Virus record (IMG/VR): IMGVR_UViG_3300035034_002688
Length of the DNA: 64,000 bases
Direction: 5' to 3' (one strand)
Source: an uncultured virus (IMG/VR IMGVR_UViG_3300035034_002688)
Lineage: Duplodnaviria; Heunggongvirae; Uroviricota; Caudoviricetes
The position numbers and the translations under genes are program-made. Numbering within the stretch: position 1 is the first letter of the stretch; each line of letters opens with the position of its first letter. The notes under the pieces are model-generated. The model worked only from the letters and a program-made list of their open reading frames with translations. It made no database searches and had not been told where the DNA came from. This document shows, piece after piece, positions 1-9,115 of the stretch.

Positions 1-10
1 TTCTTTCTAC

Positions 11-405
11 CGGGACATCCCCGCGCACGCGGGGAACACGGGTAGAACAAGAAGATGTATGAGAGGGGATCCGGGACATCCCCGCGCACGCGGGGAACAC
101 CGGACGAGCATGGGGAGACGTATTCGCCCTACCGGGACATCCCCGCGCACGCGGGGAACACTTGAAGCTGGAAGGATGCACGAGATGTGCGTGCGGGACA
201 TCCCCGCGCACGCGGGGAACACACAGGTGTGATCACAAGAGCATGTCGCCTCATCGGGACATCCCCGCGCACGCGGGGAACACGTCAAAGCTGGTCACCT
301 TTGGAGCGTGAACGGCGGGACATCCCCGCGCACGCGGGGAACACCATGACACCGACACACCCGCACTTGGTGCATCCGGGACATCCCCGCGCACGCGGGG
401 AACAC
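11..405 (-). CRISPR. CRISPR array 1 (type I-E), 7 repeats / 6 complete spacers, probably continues beyond the left window edge
   Basis: Identical 29-bp repeat GTGTTCCCCGCGTGCGCGGGGATGTCCCG (minus strand) at 11, 72, 133, 194, 255, 316, 377; 61-bp period, 32-bp spacers; hairpin CCCCGCG/CGCGGGG typical of I-E repeats. Confidence 0.98.
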
Positions 406-524
406 TCTTCAAATGTTCAAGCCTTCGGAAGTGTACCTAACCCCCTGTATTCGCTCAGGAATTCTGTTGGCATGGGGTACACCGTTTTACTTTACCAAAT
501 CGTACCCTGCGGTACAAGCCTGAA
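406..524 (-). promoter_or_regulatory. Leader of CRISPR array 1
   Basis: Relatively AT-rich non-coding stretch between the cas8e/cas11 stop and the first repeat; IHF-like ATACAGGGGGTTA ends 32 nt before the repeat. Confidence 0.75.
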
Positions 525-2732
525 TCAGGAGGCCTTCTTGGTGGGGGCGCGGTAGTAGGTGCGCGTCCACTCCATCTGCGTCTGAGAGCCCCAGGTGAGG
601 AGGCTCAGGATGAGGTCGTTGGCGTCGGCACCCTGACCCTCAATGCGTCCGAGGACGTTGCGGAGCTGGCGCCAGTGGCCGTTCAAGGTGCCTCCCGAAC
701 ACAGGCGCTCGAACGAGCGCTCCTTGATGTCACGAGACTGCGCGAGGACGCGCGCGACGGGGCGGTTGCCCTTGAAGCCGGTGGGCTTGAGGCCCGCGAG
801 CAGGACCGCCAGGAGGAACACGCGCTCCTGCAACTCGGGGGCGTTCTCACCAAGGTTACGCTCCACCACCTTCTCCAGGGCCTTCTCCAGCAGGATGGCG
901 GGGCGCATGTAGCGTACGTCCTGGAGGTTCTTGGCGCGAGAGAGCGCGACGCGGCCGGAGCCCTTGTCGTGGTGGAGGTTGCGCCACCACTTGTGGACCA
1001 CGGAGAGGATCTCATCCTTGTGGGCGTATACGATGTTGTTCATGGGGTTCTTCTCTCTCTTGGTGGAGGTGCCGCAGAGTTTGAGGAGCTGCTTTTCGAG
1101 CCCGGCTCGTTCCCTCACGGCGGATGTGATGGTGCGGGTGTTCATGCGCGATTTGCGAGTGACACGGCCTCCAACGAGGGAGTCGAAGATCGTGAGCGCG
1201 GTGGTCGCGAGGAGGCGCTTGTAGGGCGTATAGACCATCTCCTCAAGCTCCTCCCGGTTGGTCGTGAGCTTGACCTTGGCGAGCGCGTCGTATGCAGCCT
1301 GTTCGGTGTGTGACCACAGCTCGGAGTTGTTCCGGCCTCCCAGGCAGGCGACCTTCGCGCGGAGCACCTTATCCACCTCGGACGTGAGCTTGACCAGCGC
1401 CCCGAAGGTGTCCTCATCACGCAGAGCCTGTGAGCCCTCGAAGATGAAGATGTACTTCTCGAAGAAGCTCACCGTCTTGCCCGCAAACATGTTGAATCCG
1501 AAGACACGCAGCGGGGGAAGCCCTCCCCATACCTCATCCCAATGCTCCGCGACCTCATCGTACAGGAAGGCCTTGCGCTTGGTGTGGGTGATGATTGGGG
1601 GCGTGTGGAGGGTCTCGGAGTAGGCGTGGGAACCCAGAACGTTCCACGTGCGCCTGTTGGTGACGGTCTGCACAGCGCGGACATCTTTCACATCTTTGGG
1701 GGTCCACTTGCCGTTGACGCCCATCGTCTTGAGGTTCTTGAGGGTGGTGGCGTTGTTGGGGAGCTGCCAGACACCCGACATGGGGATGCACTGACGAGAC
1801 CCCGGCAGACCTTCCCACTTCTCGGACTGCGCTGTGTAGCGCTGCCGGTTGCCCCAGGGCTGCGCATCCACGTAGTCCAGGAGCCCGTCCTCATCCGGCT
1901 CCGGCAGGACCCACTCACGCGTGAGGTGCCAGAACGCGGTCAAGGGGTGGTAGTCCAGGTCGTGAGCGCGCCACCCCTCGATCTGACTCTCTTCGACCCA
2001 GGGGAACTCGAACTCGGGGACGGTCTCCTGTCCCCACAGAGCGTTGATTTCAGGTTCAGTGAGGATGTTGTTGAGGACCTCCTCGCAGAGGTCGCGGCCG
2101 CTGAAGACGTACCACAGGCTGCCGTTGTTTCCGTAGCCGGGTCGCGATGTGCCACGTGAGAACTTGTTCCCCGCGTCCATGCGAAACTCGGCCGCCAGGA
2201 TGAACGCGATGGCGTCCCCAGGCGTCAGACGCTGCCGGGGATCACGGCCCAAGTCCATGCTGAAGGGGAGCGGCCGCGTGACCTTCTCCGAGTCGAAGTC
2301 GAAGCCTGAGGAGGAGGACCCCAGCGCGTGCGTGTTGAAGCGGTAGCGGCCTATCTCAGTGGCGCACGGCAGGTCGGACTTCTTGATCTTTCTGATATCT
2401 TCGGTCCACTCGCGCAAGGCGGGCGTGGCCTGGAACGCACGGTACCCCGGCCCGTAGACGTCGAAGAAGTCTTCCTCACTCAGAAAGCGCTTCTTGAAGT
2501 CGAGGTTCTCGCCGCGCGTCAGGTGCATCTCGACCCACTCGTCGTCGTCCTTGGGCGCGGCCACCGTCTGGACCAGTGCCTGAATGAAGTGTCGGACGCC
2601 CTCATTCATTACGGAGTGGGGGTAGTCGAGCTTGAGGCCGGGTTCCGTGAACTCGTGCGGTCGGATGAGCTTGGACTTTCCCGTGGCGTCCTGAACCCGA
2701 ATCCAAGCGTCGGTCATGAGATTGAGTGACAT
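525..2732 (-). CDS. cas8e: Cas8e (Cse1) fused in frame to a C-terminal Cas11 (Cse2)-like domain
   Basis: N-terminus MSLNLMTDAWIRV typical of Cse1; last 172 aa from Met at 1043 (KWWRNL..GSGRVALSRAK...RSFERL...LILSLLTW...EWTRTYY) resemble Cse2; lies next to cas5e and the array. Confidence 0.8.
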   Translation of the reverse strand: MSLNLMTDAWIRVQDATGKSKLIRPHEFTEPGLKLDYPHSVMNEGVRHFIQALVQTVAAPKDDDEWVEMHLTRGENLDFKKRFLSEEDFFDVYGPGYRAFQATPALREWTEDIRKIKKSDLPCATEIGRYRFNTHALGSSSSGFDFDSEKVTRPLPFSMDLGRDPRQRLTPGDAIAFILAAEFRMDAGNKFSRGTSRPGYGNNGSLWYVFSGRDLCEEVLNNILTEPEINALWGQETVPEFEFPWVEESQIEGWRAHDLDYHPLTAFWHLTREWVLPEPDEDGLLDYVDAQPWGNRQRYTAQSEKWEGLPGSRQCIPMSGVWQLPNNATTLKNLKTMGVNGKWTPKDVKDVRAVQTVTNRRTWNVLGSHAYSETLHTPPIITHTKRKAFLYDEVAEHWDEVWGGLPPLRVFGFNMFAGKTVSFFEKYIFIFEGSQALRDEDTFGALVKLTSEVDKVLRAKVACLGGRNNSELWSHTEQAAYDALAKVKLTTNREELEEMVYTPYKRLLATTALTIFDSLVGGRVTRKSRMNTRTITSAVRERAGLEKQLLKLCGTSTKREKNPMNNIVYAHKDEILSVVHKWWRNLHHDKGSGRVALSRAKNLQDVRYMRPAILLEKALEKVVERNLGENAPELQERVFLLAVLLAGLKPTGFKGNRPVARVLAQSRDIKERSFERLCSGGTLNGHWRQLRNVLGRIEGQGADANDLILSLLTWGSQTQMEWTRTYYRAPTKKAS

Positions 2733-2773
2733 GGTGTGTCTCGTAGGTAGAGAGGGGAGGTGGGGAGGCGCGC

Positions 2774-3484
2774 TCAGAGCGTGTGCATGTGGGCGCTAAA
2801 CTCGCGCCGCACCTTGTGGGACCCTTGACGGGTCAGATCGTGGGGCACATCACGACGGAAGGTTGACCGTCGGCTACCTTCGAGGCCAAAGTCTTCATCC
2901 CAGAACACCTGTCCCGGCACCACGGTTCGGTCAAGGTAGTAGAAGCTACTCGCCACGGCCTCCTCCAGACACTCACGCGGCGTGGTGGACTGTAGGACCC
3001 GTGGATTGAGAGGCGCGCTTGGCGGACAGCTCTTGCGGCCAAAGTAGATAGGCCAGTAGGGACGCTGGAGCGCCGCGATGATACCGTCGACGTCCTCGTC
3101 GGGTACCTGGAGCAGGACCACCCAGGTCTGGTCCTGGAGGTAGTACCTCTCCGAGGTCAGGGAGTCCGTCTTGGGGCTTTGCGGGTCCAGCTCCTCCTGG
3201 CGCGTGGTCACGTAGCCCTTGAAGCAGCGGATGAGGTGGTAGTCTCGAAGCGGCGGGGGGCTCACCGAGGCTCCCTCAAGCTGGAGCTGGACGCACGCCA
3301 TCTTGATGGTGTTTGCCAGCCTCTGGTGGTGAGCCTGATCGTCACGCTCGATGCCTTGCGCGCACGCGATCATCCCGAGTATGGCCGATTTCGTCGGGCT
3401 CTGGTCCGTCGTGCGCAGCGCCGCGCGCGCCGCGTTTCCGAAGCTCATGAGAGGGGCTCGAATGTCGCAGGCGAGTGTTTGCAT
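2774..3484 (-). CDS. cas5e: Type I-E Cas5
   Basis: APLMSFG...RTT..SPTKSAILGMIACAQGIER, RYYLQD, IYFGRKSCPPS motifs; start MQTL at 3484 preceded by AAGGAGG. Confidence 0.93.
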   Translation of the reverse strand: MQTLACDIRAPLMSFGNAARAALRTTDQSPTKSAILGMIACAQGIERDDQAHHQRLANTIKMACVQLQLEGASVSPPPLRDYHLIRCFKGYVTTRQEELDPQSPKTDSLTSERYYLQDQTWVVLLQVPDEDVDGIIAALQRPYWPIYFGRKSCPPSAPLNPRVLQSTTPRECLEEAVASSFYYLDRTVVPGQVFWDEDFGLEGSRRSTFRRDVPHDLTRQGSHKVRREFSAHMHTL

Positions 3485-3495
3485 AGGTACCTCCT

Positions 3496-3538
3496 TTGTG
3501 GTACTCAAAAGATACCACAAGGTTCAAGATGGGGTCAA
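3496..3538 (-). promoter_or_regulatory. sigma70-like promoter for cas5e-cas8e/11 with inverted repeat
   Basis: TTGACC-N18-TATCTT with TGTGG extension; arms TTGTGGTA (3496-3503) and TACCACAA (3513-3520). Confidence 0.6.
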
Positions 3539-3548
3539 GTGGTTCGAT

Positions 3549-4280
3549 TCAGAGGGCCACAAGGGCGGCGGCGGGCTTGAGAAGGACAAGGCCGGCCCCG
3601 AAGGCCTTGCCCCGACCGATGCCGTTGCGCCACAGGGTCACGAACTTCTCGGGGTCGGTGACCTCGACGCGCGCCTCAAGCTGCACGAAGTCCATCGTAA
3701 TGGGGTTGCGCCGTCCCACGCCCTGCTCGGAGAACACGGGGGTCAAGGCGGTGACCCTGTGCAGCTTGAAGCCGCCGTCCTCCGAGCGCCTCTCAAGCCA
3801 CTCGAAGAGGAGGGCGTCGAGGTCGCGAGGCGTCTCCCCATTCGCTTCGCACATGAGCTTCTCGTAGGTCTGGAGACCCAAACGCTTGGAGCGCCCCTTG
3901 GGCACGATCCGCTCGTCACGGGTACAGACGGTGGCGTTGACCCATGCTCGGAGGTCGAGGCCGGCACCCATGTGCATCGTGGGCTGCTCGATCGTCTTGG
4001 TCAGAAGCTTCACGTAGCCGTGAGGGTCCGAGGGGATCTCCGTGGACTGGATGTAGAAGGAGGAGCCCTTGAAGGGGGTGAACATGAAGGGTCGGTCTTT
4101 GCGGTCCTCCACCGGGTCGAAGAGGTCCCAGACGAACTGGTGTGCGGTGTAGATGCCCTCGGACGTGTAGCGGGAGAGCTGCTCGATTCCCTTGGCCGTG
4201 AAGGTGGCGCGTGAGATGTAGAGAGGGGTCGAGGTGGGGGGTGTGGTGGTGTTGAACGGGATGTTGACTTGCGTGCTCAT
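3549..4280 (-). CDS. cas6e: Type I-E Cas6 endoribonuclease
   Basis: HQFVWDLF, LRAWVNAT, WLERRSEDGGF and C-terminal Gly-rich loop GIGRGKAFGAGL; start MSTQ at 4280 with GGAG RBS. Confidence 0.93.
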   Translation of the reverse strand: MSTQVNIPFNTTTPPTSTPLYISRATFTAKGIEQLSRYTSEGIYTAHQFVWDLFDPVEDRKDRPFMFTPFKGSSFYIQSTEIPSDPHGYVKLLTKTIEQPTMHMGAGLDLRAWVNATVCTRDERIVPKGRSKRLGLQTYEKLMCEANGETPRDLDALLFEWLERRSEDGGFKLHRVTALTPVFSEQGVGRRNPITMDFVQLEARVEVTDPEKFVTLWRNGIGRGKAFGAGLVLLKPAAALVAL

Positions 4281-4290
4281 TGATAACTCC

Positions 4291-4351
4291 AAAAATACCC
4301 CCGCACGAGGCGGGGAGGTTGAGAGGGGACCCCCGCGTGAGCGGGGAAAGG
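4291..4351 (-). repeat. Degenerate CRISPR-repeat copy plus second GC hairpin between cas7 and cas6e
   Basis: 4351-4325 reads CCTTTCCCCGCTCACGCGGGGGTCCCC (array 2/3 repeat lacking 2 nt in the 3' handle); 4318-4291 reads CCTCCCCGCCTCGTGCGGGGGTATTTTT. Confidence 0.75.
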
Positions 4352-4356
4352 GGCAC

Positions 4357-5703
4357 TCACTCGGCGGCGGCGGTCTCGGAGGCCTCCACGGCGATACCGA
4401 GCGTCTGGTAGATGGCATCCACGATGTCATCCAGGGTCGTACACACCTCGCCGCCCGACTCCAGGGCCGTGAGGTCCTTGGTCGAGGACCACGTGAGGAC
4501 ACGCTCATGGTCGACGCCCACGCGGGTCACGATGCGGTTGTGGTGGTCCTCCAGGCGCGTGAGGGCCATCTGAAGAGGATCGTTGGACTCCACAGGCACC
4601 AGGAACGCGTCGGTGTACTGAGTGTTCTGGGTCTCCCCGATGGTCACCATCAGGTAGGGGGACGGGATGCTCGCAGCCATCGTGGACTGGTTACCCGAGG
4701 GGCGCACCATCACGAGAGCCTTGACGAAGGCGTGGATGGTCTCACGGAGGAGGTCCTCCTGACCGCTCCCGAAGCGGCGAGCCAGCTCACCGATGTGGAG
4801 GCCCACGTAGGCGTAGTTGACGCCCGAGGTGAAGCTCTTGTGGCCCATATGCGAGGCGCCCGTATTGGAGTTGAAGCAGTCCTGAGCCGAGAAGAAGTCG
4901 TCCTCCTCGGGCATCACGCCGACGCCGATGGTGTGCGCGAACTGGACGCAGGCCGCTTCATTGTCCTGTGCGAGCTGCGCGACCATGCGGCCGAAGAGGC
5001 TCACGTCGACGTTGGGCATCCTCGTGAGGTCCGTGAAGCTCTTCGCGGTCTCAGTCAGGCTCTCGAAGACGACGGAGGGGTCCGTGAAGTCCAGACCCAC
5101 CAGCGCCTCGAAGCCCAGCGTCAAGACCTCCTGCTCCGCCTGCTTGAGCTTGATGGCCGAGCCGAACATGCGGCCGTCCTTCTTGTCGCTCTTTTTGTTC
5201 TTCTTCTTCTTGGTGTCTCCTTCGGACTCGTTCGACTCGTCGTCGAGAGCGTCCTTGGTCGAGTACGGCGTGATGCCTCCCTCGGCGTACAGGGTACCAT
5301 CCGCGATGAGGCCCTTGAGGAGCGTGAGAAGCGCCGCTTCGGTCTTCTTGGTGAGCTTGGCGCCCTTGAAGCACTGCGTGAAGAAGTTCGGCGTCGTCAT
5401 CATGTAGGCGAGCAGCGCGGCGGCTCGATACGACCTCTCAGCCTCCTGGCCCGCCTCGACGGCCTTCTCACTCTTGAAGACCAGGAACGATCTCGTGTTG
5501 TCGCTCATGACCTTGCGCTGACGGAGCACATCGAAGTGCATGGAGGCACGAATCGCCGCCTTCTCCGCTTGGCTGGAGATGCGGTAGCGCATGGCGTTCC
5601 CGAAGAAGGAACTCTTGGGGTTACCCGCGTCATCGCGGTTGATGTTGCTGGGGGGCAGCACACCGAGCATGTGGAACTGGAGCTTTGTTTTCACGTTCAT
5701 CAT
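4357..5703 (-). CDS. cas7: Type I-E Cas7 (Cse4) backbone
   Basis: PPSNINRDDAGNPKS..FG..RYRISSQAEKAAIR and VDVSLFGRMVA motifs. Confidence 0.95.
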   Translation of the reverse strand: MMNVKTKLQFHMLGVLPPSNINRDDAGNPKSSFFGNAMRYRISSQAEKAAIRASMHFDVLRQRKVMSDNTRSFLVFKSEKAVEAGQEAERSYRAAALLAYMMTTPNFFTQCFKGAKLTKKTEAALLTLLKGLIADGTLYAEGGITPYSTKDALDDESNESEGDTKKKKNKKSDKKDGRMFGSAIKLKQAEQEVLTLGFEALVGLDFTDPSVVFESLTETAKSFTDLTRMPNVDVSLFGRMVAQLAQDNEAACVQFAHTIGVGVMPEEDDFFSAQDCFNSNTGASHMGHKSFTSGVNYAYVGLHIGELARRFGSGQEDLLRETIHAFVKALVMVRPSGNQSTMAASIPSPYLMVTIGETQNTQYTDAFLVPVESNDPLQMALTRLEDHHNRIVTRVGVDHERVLTWSSTKDLTALESGGEVCTTLDDIVDAIYQTLGIAVEASETAAAE

Positions 5704-5773
5704 GTCTGGACTCTCACTACAGTGGGTAAAAGGACCTTCGAGCTTTCAGAGGCTTCGTGCCTCGACGGAAACG

Positions 5774-5830
5774 ACACTAACTCCGATGTTAGAGCAGTGT
5801 CAAGCGGTTTCTTTAACGCTTGACACTGCT
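5774..5830 (-). promoter_or_regulatory. Putative cas7 promoter overlapped by a 14-bp perfect inverted repeat
   Basis: AGCAGTGTCAAGCG (5793-5806), 10 nt, CGCTTGACACTGCT (5817-5830); minus strand TTGACA followed by TAGTGT. Confidence 0.6.
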
Positions 5831-5850
5831 GTGCGGTATGAAAAAAAGAC

Positions 5851-8481
5851 CTAGAGGACTTGGAGTCCCAGGATGTGGTCGTAGATGAGGGTGACGGATA
5901 CCGGGGCGCCCTTGGGGGAGAGCTTGGTCATGTTGACCCTCCACGCGTCGGCGGGTGCGCTGAGGTCGTCCACGGTCACGATCAACACGGAGTCGGTAGA
6001 GTGGAACGGGAGCTGCGCCAAAAGTTCGTGCTGCTCCGGGCTCGGGTCGAGCCGCTCTCCGGCCATGTACATGGGGATAGCGATGCCAGAGGCCTTGATG
6101 CCTCCGTTGTGGATACGCCGGAGTCGATCGCCGTCAACGAAGTGGACCTCCCAGATGCACGTAGGGATGGCGTCTCGGGTGTGTATGGCCACGTTCTTAC
6201 CCCACTTGCTGACCGACTCACGGTAGCTGCGGGTGAAGTCGAGAGACCCCAAAACAGCCGATGCTCGCGTCTCCTGGTCACGGGCGGTGGAGGCTTGGTG
6301 CGAGCGGGCCAGACCGGCCGGAATCAGTGCGTTGATGTCGTCCAGGATCTCACGCGTATGGGTGGGAAGCTCCCAGGACCTCAAGGCACACATCGCCGCG
6401 CTGGCGTACACACGGCCTGCATCCCCATAGACGTAAGATGTCCCCCCATGATGAGGGGAGCCGCTGAGCCATTGAGCGTGTGGAGTCCCGGCCAAGGAGG
6501 GCGTGAACAGGCCCATCTCGACGTGCACCTCTTCCCCACTCTCGTGACGCAGGACGCGACCCGAGCGCTGAATCAGGAGGTCGGCCTCGCATACATCGGA
6601 GACGCCCCAGTCAAAGCTGACATCCAAAGACTCCTGGAGCACCTGCGTGCATATGACGATGTAGCCCTCACGCTCTTGGGGATCGGCGCCCTTACCGAAG
6701 CGACGCAGCACCTCGGCGTCACGTACCTCACGGTGTCCGACCGTGTAGCGAGAGTGCAGCAAGAGCACTCGGTCATACCCTGACAAGGCTTCATAGGCCG
6801 CACAGGCGGCGCGCACGGTGTTTCGGAACCACACCACCGCCTCACCTCGGTTGGCTCGCCGGTGCAGCTCTTCCACGATGGGGTCGAGCCCACGCCGATC
6901 CTCTTCAAAGACGTTCCAGTGCACGTGCCGGATCTGGTGTGCGTCCACCGAGACCACGTTGATGTGGCCGCTGGAGCTGACGTGCGTGAGCGCGGGCAAG
7001 GGGACATCGGGGAGGTCTACAACCTCTCCTCGATACGCGGAGGCGAGCGCGCGGCGTGTCTTGGAGTCGCAGGTGGCGCTCATGGCGATCACGGGCTGTC
7101 CCTGTCGCCCGCAGTAGGCGAGCAGGTTACAGAGCAGAGGGAGCATGTGAGCGTCGAAGGCGTGGACCTCATCTATCAGAAGCACGGTACGGGTGAGCGC
7201 GCTCAGTCGCATGGGCGCAAAGTATCGCCCGATCGTCGCCAGGAGGGCTTGGTCTATTGTGCAGACATTGATTTGCGAGAACATGCTCTGTCGGGAGGAC
7301 TTGAGCAGCCACTCGGAGGCGCTAATCAGGCCTCCATTCGAGTTGCGTTGAGCCTTCCACGGCTTGAATTCACTTCGAGTCGAGTGAATGAGCGCCATCG
7401 TGACGGGCTCATCAAAGGTTGCCTCCGTCCAGGCGTGCGCACGCCCGTAGAGGCCGTTGGCGGTAGCGCGAGTAGGCAACGCCAACGTCAGCCCTTTGTA
7501 GTCGCCATCACGCATCATCTGACGCGCGAGCGCGAGCCCTACCTCCGTCTTACCCGCCCCCGTAGAGGCCTCGATGAGGACAAACCCGTCCGCAGAACTC
7601 AAGAGGGTCTCAGCACCTACCTGGAGAGGCCGAGGTTCCCAGGTATCGTCGAGGAGACCGCTCCAGAAGGAGTAGGTGGTAGAGAGGGGCGTGTAGAGGA
7701 TCTCCACGTCTGTACACGCCCTCTCCGCTTGAGGCTGTGCGATGGTCTCCCAATAAGCTCTCGGGTCCATACGCGCGCCACGCAGCGGGAAGTATTCAGG
7801 CGTGGAGCCCAGCCAATCCGAGATCATCCCGACGCCCGCCAGGAGGTAGCTCGCGAAAGGCAGGTCCGGAGGGTTGGAGTAGTCGCCACGCATGGGTCCA
7901 AATACGCCCTGGATGATTTCGGAGAGGTACGCAGTCAGGCGCTCGTCGCACCCAGGCACTCCCCACTGGAGCTGAGCCGTACGTGGGGTGGCGCCTTCTC
8001 GCTTCTGATGAGGCAAGGCGTAGCCGTGATGGCTCAGCGCGCTATGCAGCAGCGTCGTGATGTGGCGTCGTTCCTGACGCCCAGTACCGCTCTTGAGGTA
8101 CTCCCGGATCACGTTCCTGCGTTCCCATCCCACCAGATCGTGACGGGCTTCGGTCTCACGCGCACCATCAGGCTGGGGGGTGATATCCAGGAGCGTACAG
8201 GCGGGTGCGCTTCGAGCCTGGAAGTTGTCCGTGAGCTTACCGATGTCATGGCAAGCGTAGAGCATGGGGAGGTCATGCCACAGGTCGTACATGCTCACAC
8301 CCAAGGCCTCCGACAAGGGACGCCACCAACGCTCCTCGTGCCTGAGCAAGTGATTCACGACCGCCGCGACGTCGAGGTTATGATACACCACGCGGTGAAT
8401 GGCAGTCACGGCCTCTTGTGAGCCGGGAGGCTGGTCTGTCTTGGCCCAACAGTCCCACATACCGATAGGTTTGGTCGTCAT
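5851..8481 (-). CDS. cas3: Cas3 HD nuclease-SF2 helicase
   Basis: WAKT, HNLDV, CHDIGK, SHHG, SDWLGS (HD domain); EASTGAGKTE, LPTRAT, DEVH, SAT, LHSRY, TQV..SLD, QRSGRVLRH (helicase). Confidence 0.97.
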   Translation of the reverse strand: MTTKPIGMWDCWAKTDQPPGSQEAVTAIHRVVYHNLDVAAVVNHLLRHEERWWRPLSEALGVSMYDLWHDLPMLYACHDIGKLTDNFQARSAPACTLLDITPQPDGARETEARHDLVGWERRNVIREYLKSGTGRQERRHITTLLHSALSHHGYALPHQKREGATPRTAQLQWGVPGCDERLTAYLSEIIQGVFGPMRGDYSNPPDLPFASYLLAGVGMISDWLGSTPEYFPLRGARMDPRAYWETIAQPQAERACTDVEILYTPLSTTYSFWSGLLDDTWEPRPLQVGAETLLSSADGFVLIEASTGAGKTEVGLALARQMMRDGDYKGLTLALPTRATANGLYGRAHAWTEATFDEPVTMALIHSTRSEFKPWKAQRNSNGGLISASEWLLKSSRQSMFSQINVCTIDQALLATIGRYFAPMRLSALTRTVLLIDEVHAFDAHMLPLLCNLLAYCGRQGQPVIAMSATCDSKTRRALASAYRGEVVDLPDVPLPALTHVSSSGHINVVSVDAHQIRHVHWNVFEEDRRGLDPIVEELHRRANRGEAVVWFRNTVRAACAAYEALSGYDRVLLLHSRYTVGHREVRDAEVLRRFGKGADPQEREGYIVICTQVLQESLDVSFDWGVSDVCEADLLIQRSGRVLRHESGEEVHVEMGLFTPSLAGTPHAQWLSGSPHHGGTSYVYGDAGRVYASAAMCALRSWELPTHTREILDDINALIPAGLARSHQASTARDQETRASAVLGSLDFTRSYRESVSKWGKNVAIHTRDAIPTCIWEVHFVDGDRLRRIHNGGIKASGIAIPMYMAGERLDPSPEQHELLAQLPFHSTDSVLIVTVDDLSAPADAWRVNMTKLSPKGAPVSVTLIYDHILGLQVL

Positions 8482-8744
8482 GTAGCTCTCAGCTTGGCGA
8501 GATGAATGGCGTGCTTGTATTTGGCCGATTCCACGTAGGTGGAGCTTCCCAGGAGCTTCGAGCCTCCTGACGAAGAGAAGAAGCGGGCGAGGTAGGGGGG
8601 GTTCTTCTTGTAGGAGGTCTCGGAGCGGTGAATCTCCATACGACCCTCGGGGACCTCACATGTGAAGTAGCGCGTAAGCCCAGCGGGACCGTGAACTTCC
8701 CATTGCAGCGTCTTGGAGAGCTTCTCGGCAGCCGTGATTTCCAT
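8478..8744 (-). CDS. Hypothetical protein (88 aa) translationally coupled to cas3
   Basis: Start MEIT at 8744 overlaps upstream stop (TGATG); its stop overlaps the cas3 start (ATGA). Confidence 0.65.
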   Translation of the reverse strand: MEITAAEKLSKTLQWEVHGPAGLTRYFTCEVPEGRMEIHRSETSYKKNPPYLARFFSSSGGSKLLGSSTYVESAKYKHAIHLAKLRAT

Positions 8745-9112
8745 CAAGCCACCTCTACGGGCGCGCCGCACAGGTGGCAGAACTGCGAGGCGGGGATCAG
8801 CTCAGTCCCGCAGTTGTGGCAATACACGGCCTTACGGGGACCCTCCACCTCGAACTCCCCGAGCAGGTCGAGGTACGTATCATCCCTGCATCCCGCCAAG
8901 GAGAGTCGAATGCCGGGGAGGAGGTCGTCGTGGTGGTAGTCATGACCCTTGTGCAACAAGGTCGCGTTGTCTGCGTTGGGGGGACCCTGGAGGTCATTGA
9001 CCCTACGCCCTCCAGGCTTGAAGACCCATAGCCGCACGGGGTACCCTCGATCAAACTCCAGCTCTCCGGTGCGACCTGTTGTGGATGCGACTTCATACTC
9101 ATGATGTTTCAT
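8744..9112 (-). CDS. Hypothetical protein with C-terminal zinc ribbon
   Basis: AGGAGG RBS; CHNCG...FCHLCG at C-terminus. Confidence 0.75.
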   Translation of the reverse strand: MKHHEYEVASTTGRTGELEFDRGYPVRLWVFKPGGRRVNDLQGPPNADNATLLHKGHDYHHDDLLPGIRLSLAGCRDDTYLDLLGEFEVEGPRKAVYCHNCGTELIPASQFCHLCGAPVEVA

Positions 9113-9115
9113 ATC

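Noticed and set aside
7..555. ORFs 7..288 and 187..555, and similar ORFs over 9099-9748 and 11491-12480
   Set aside because: Translations of CRISPR repeats and spacers with periodic peptides; not genes
4234..5823. Long antisense ORFs (e.g. 4234..5823, 6862..8421, 34988..36391, 61287..62954)
   Set aside because: Shadow frames opposite well-supported genes, expected at high GC3
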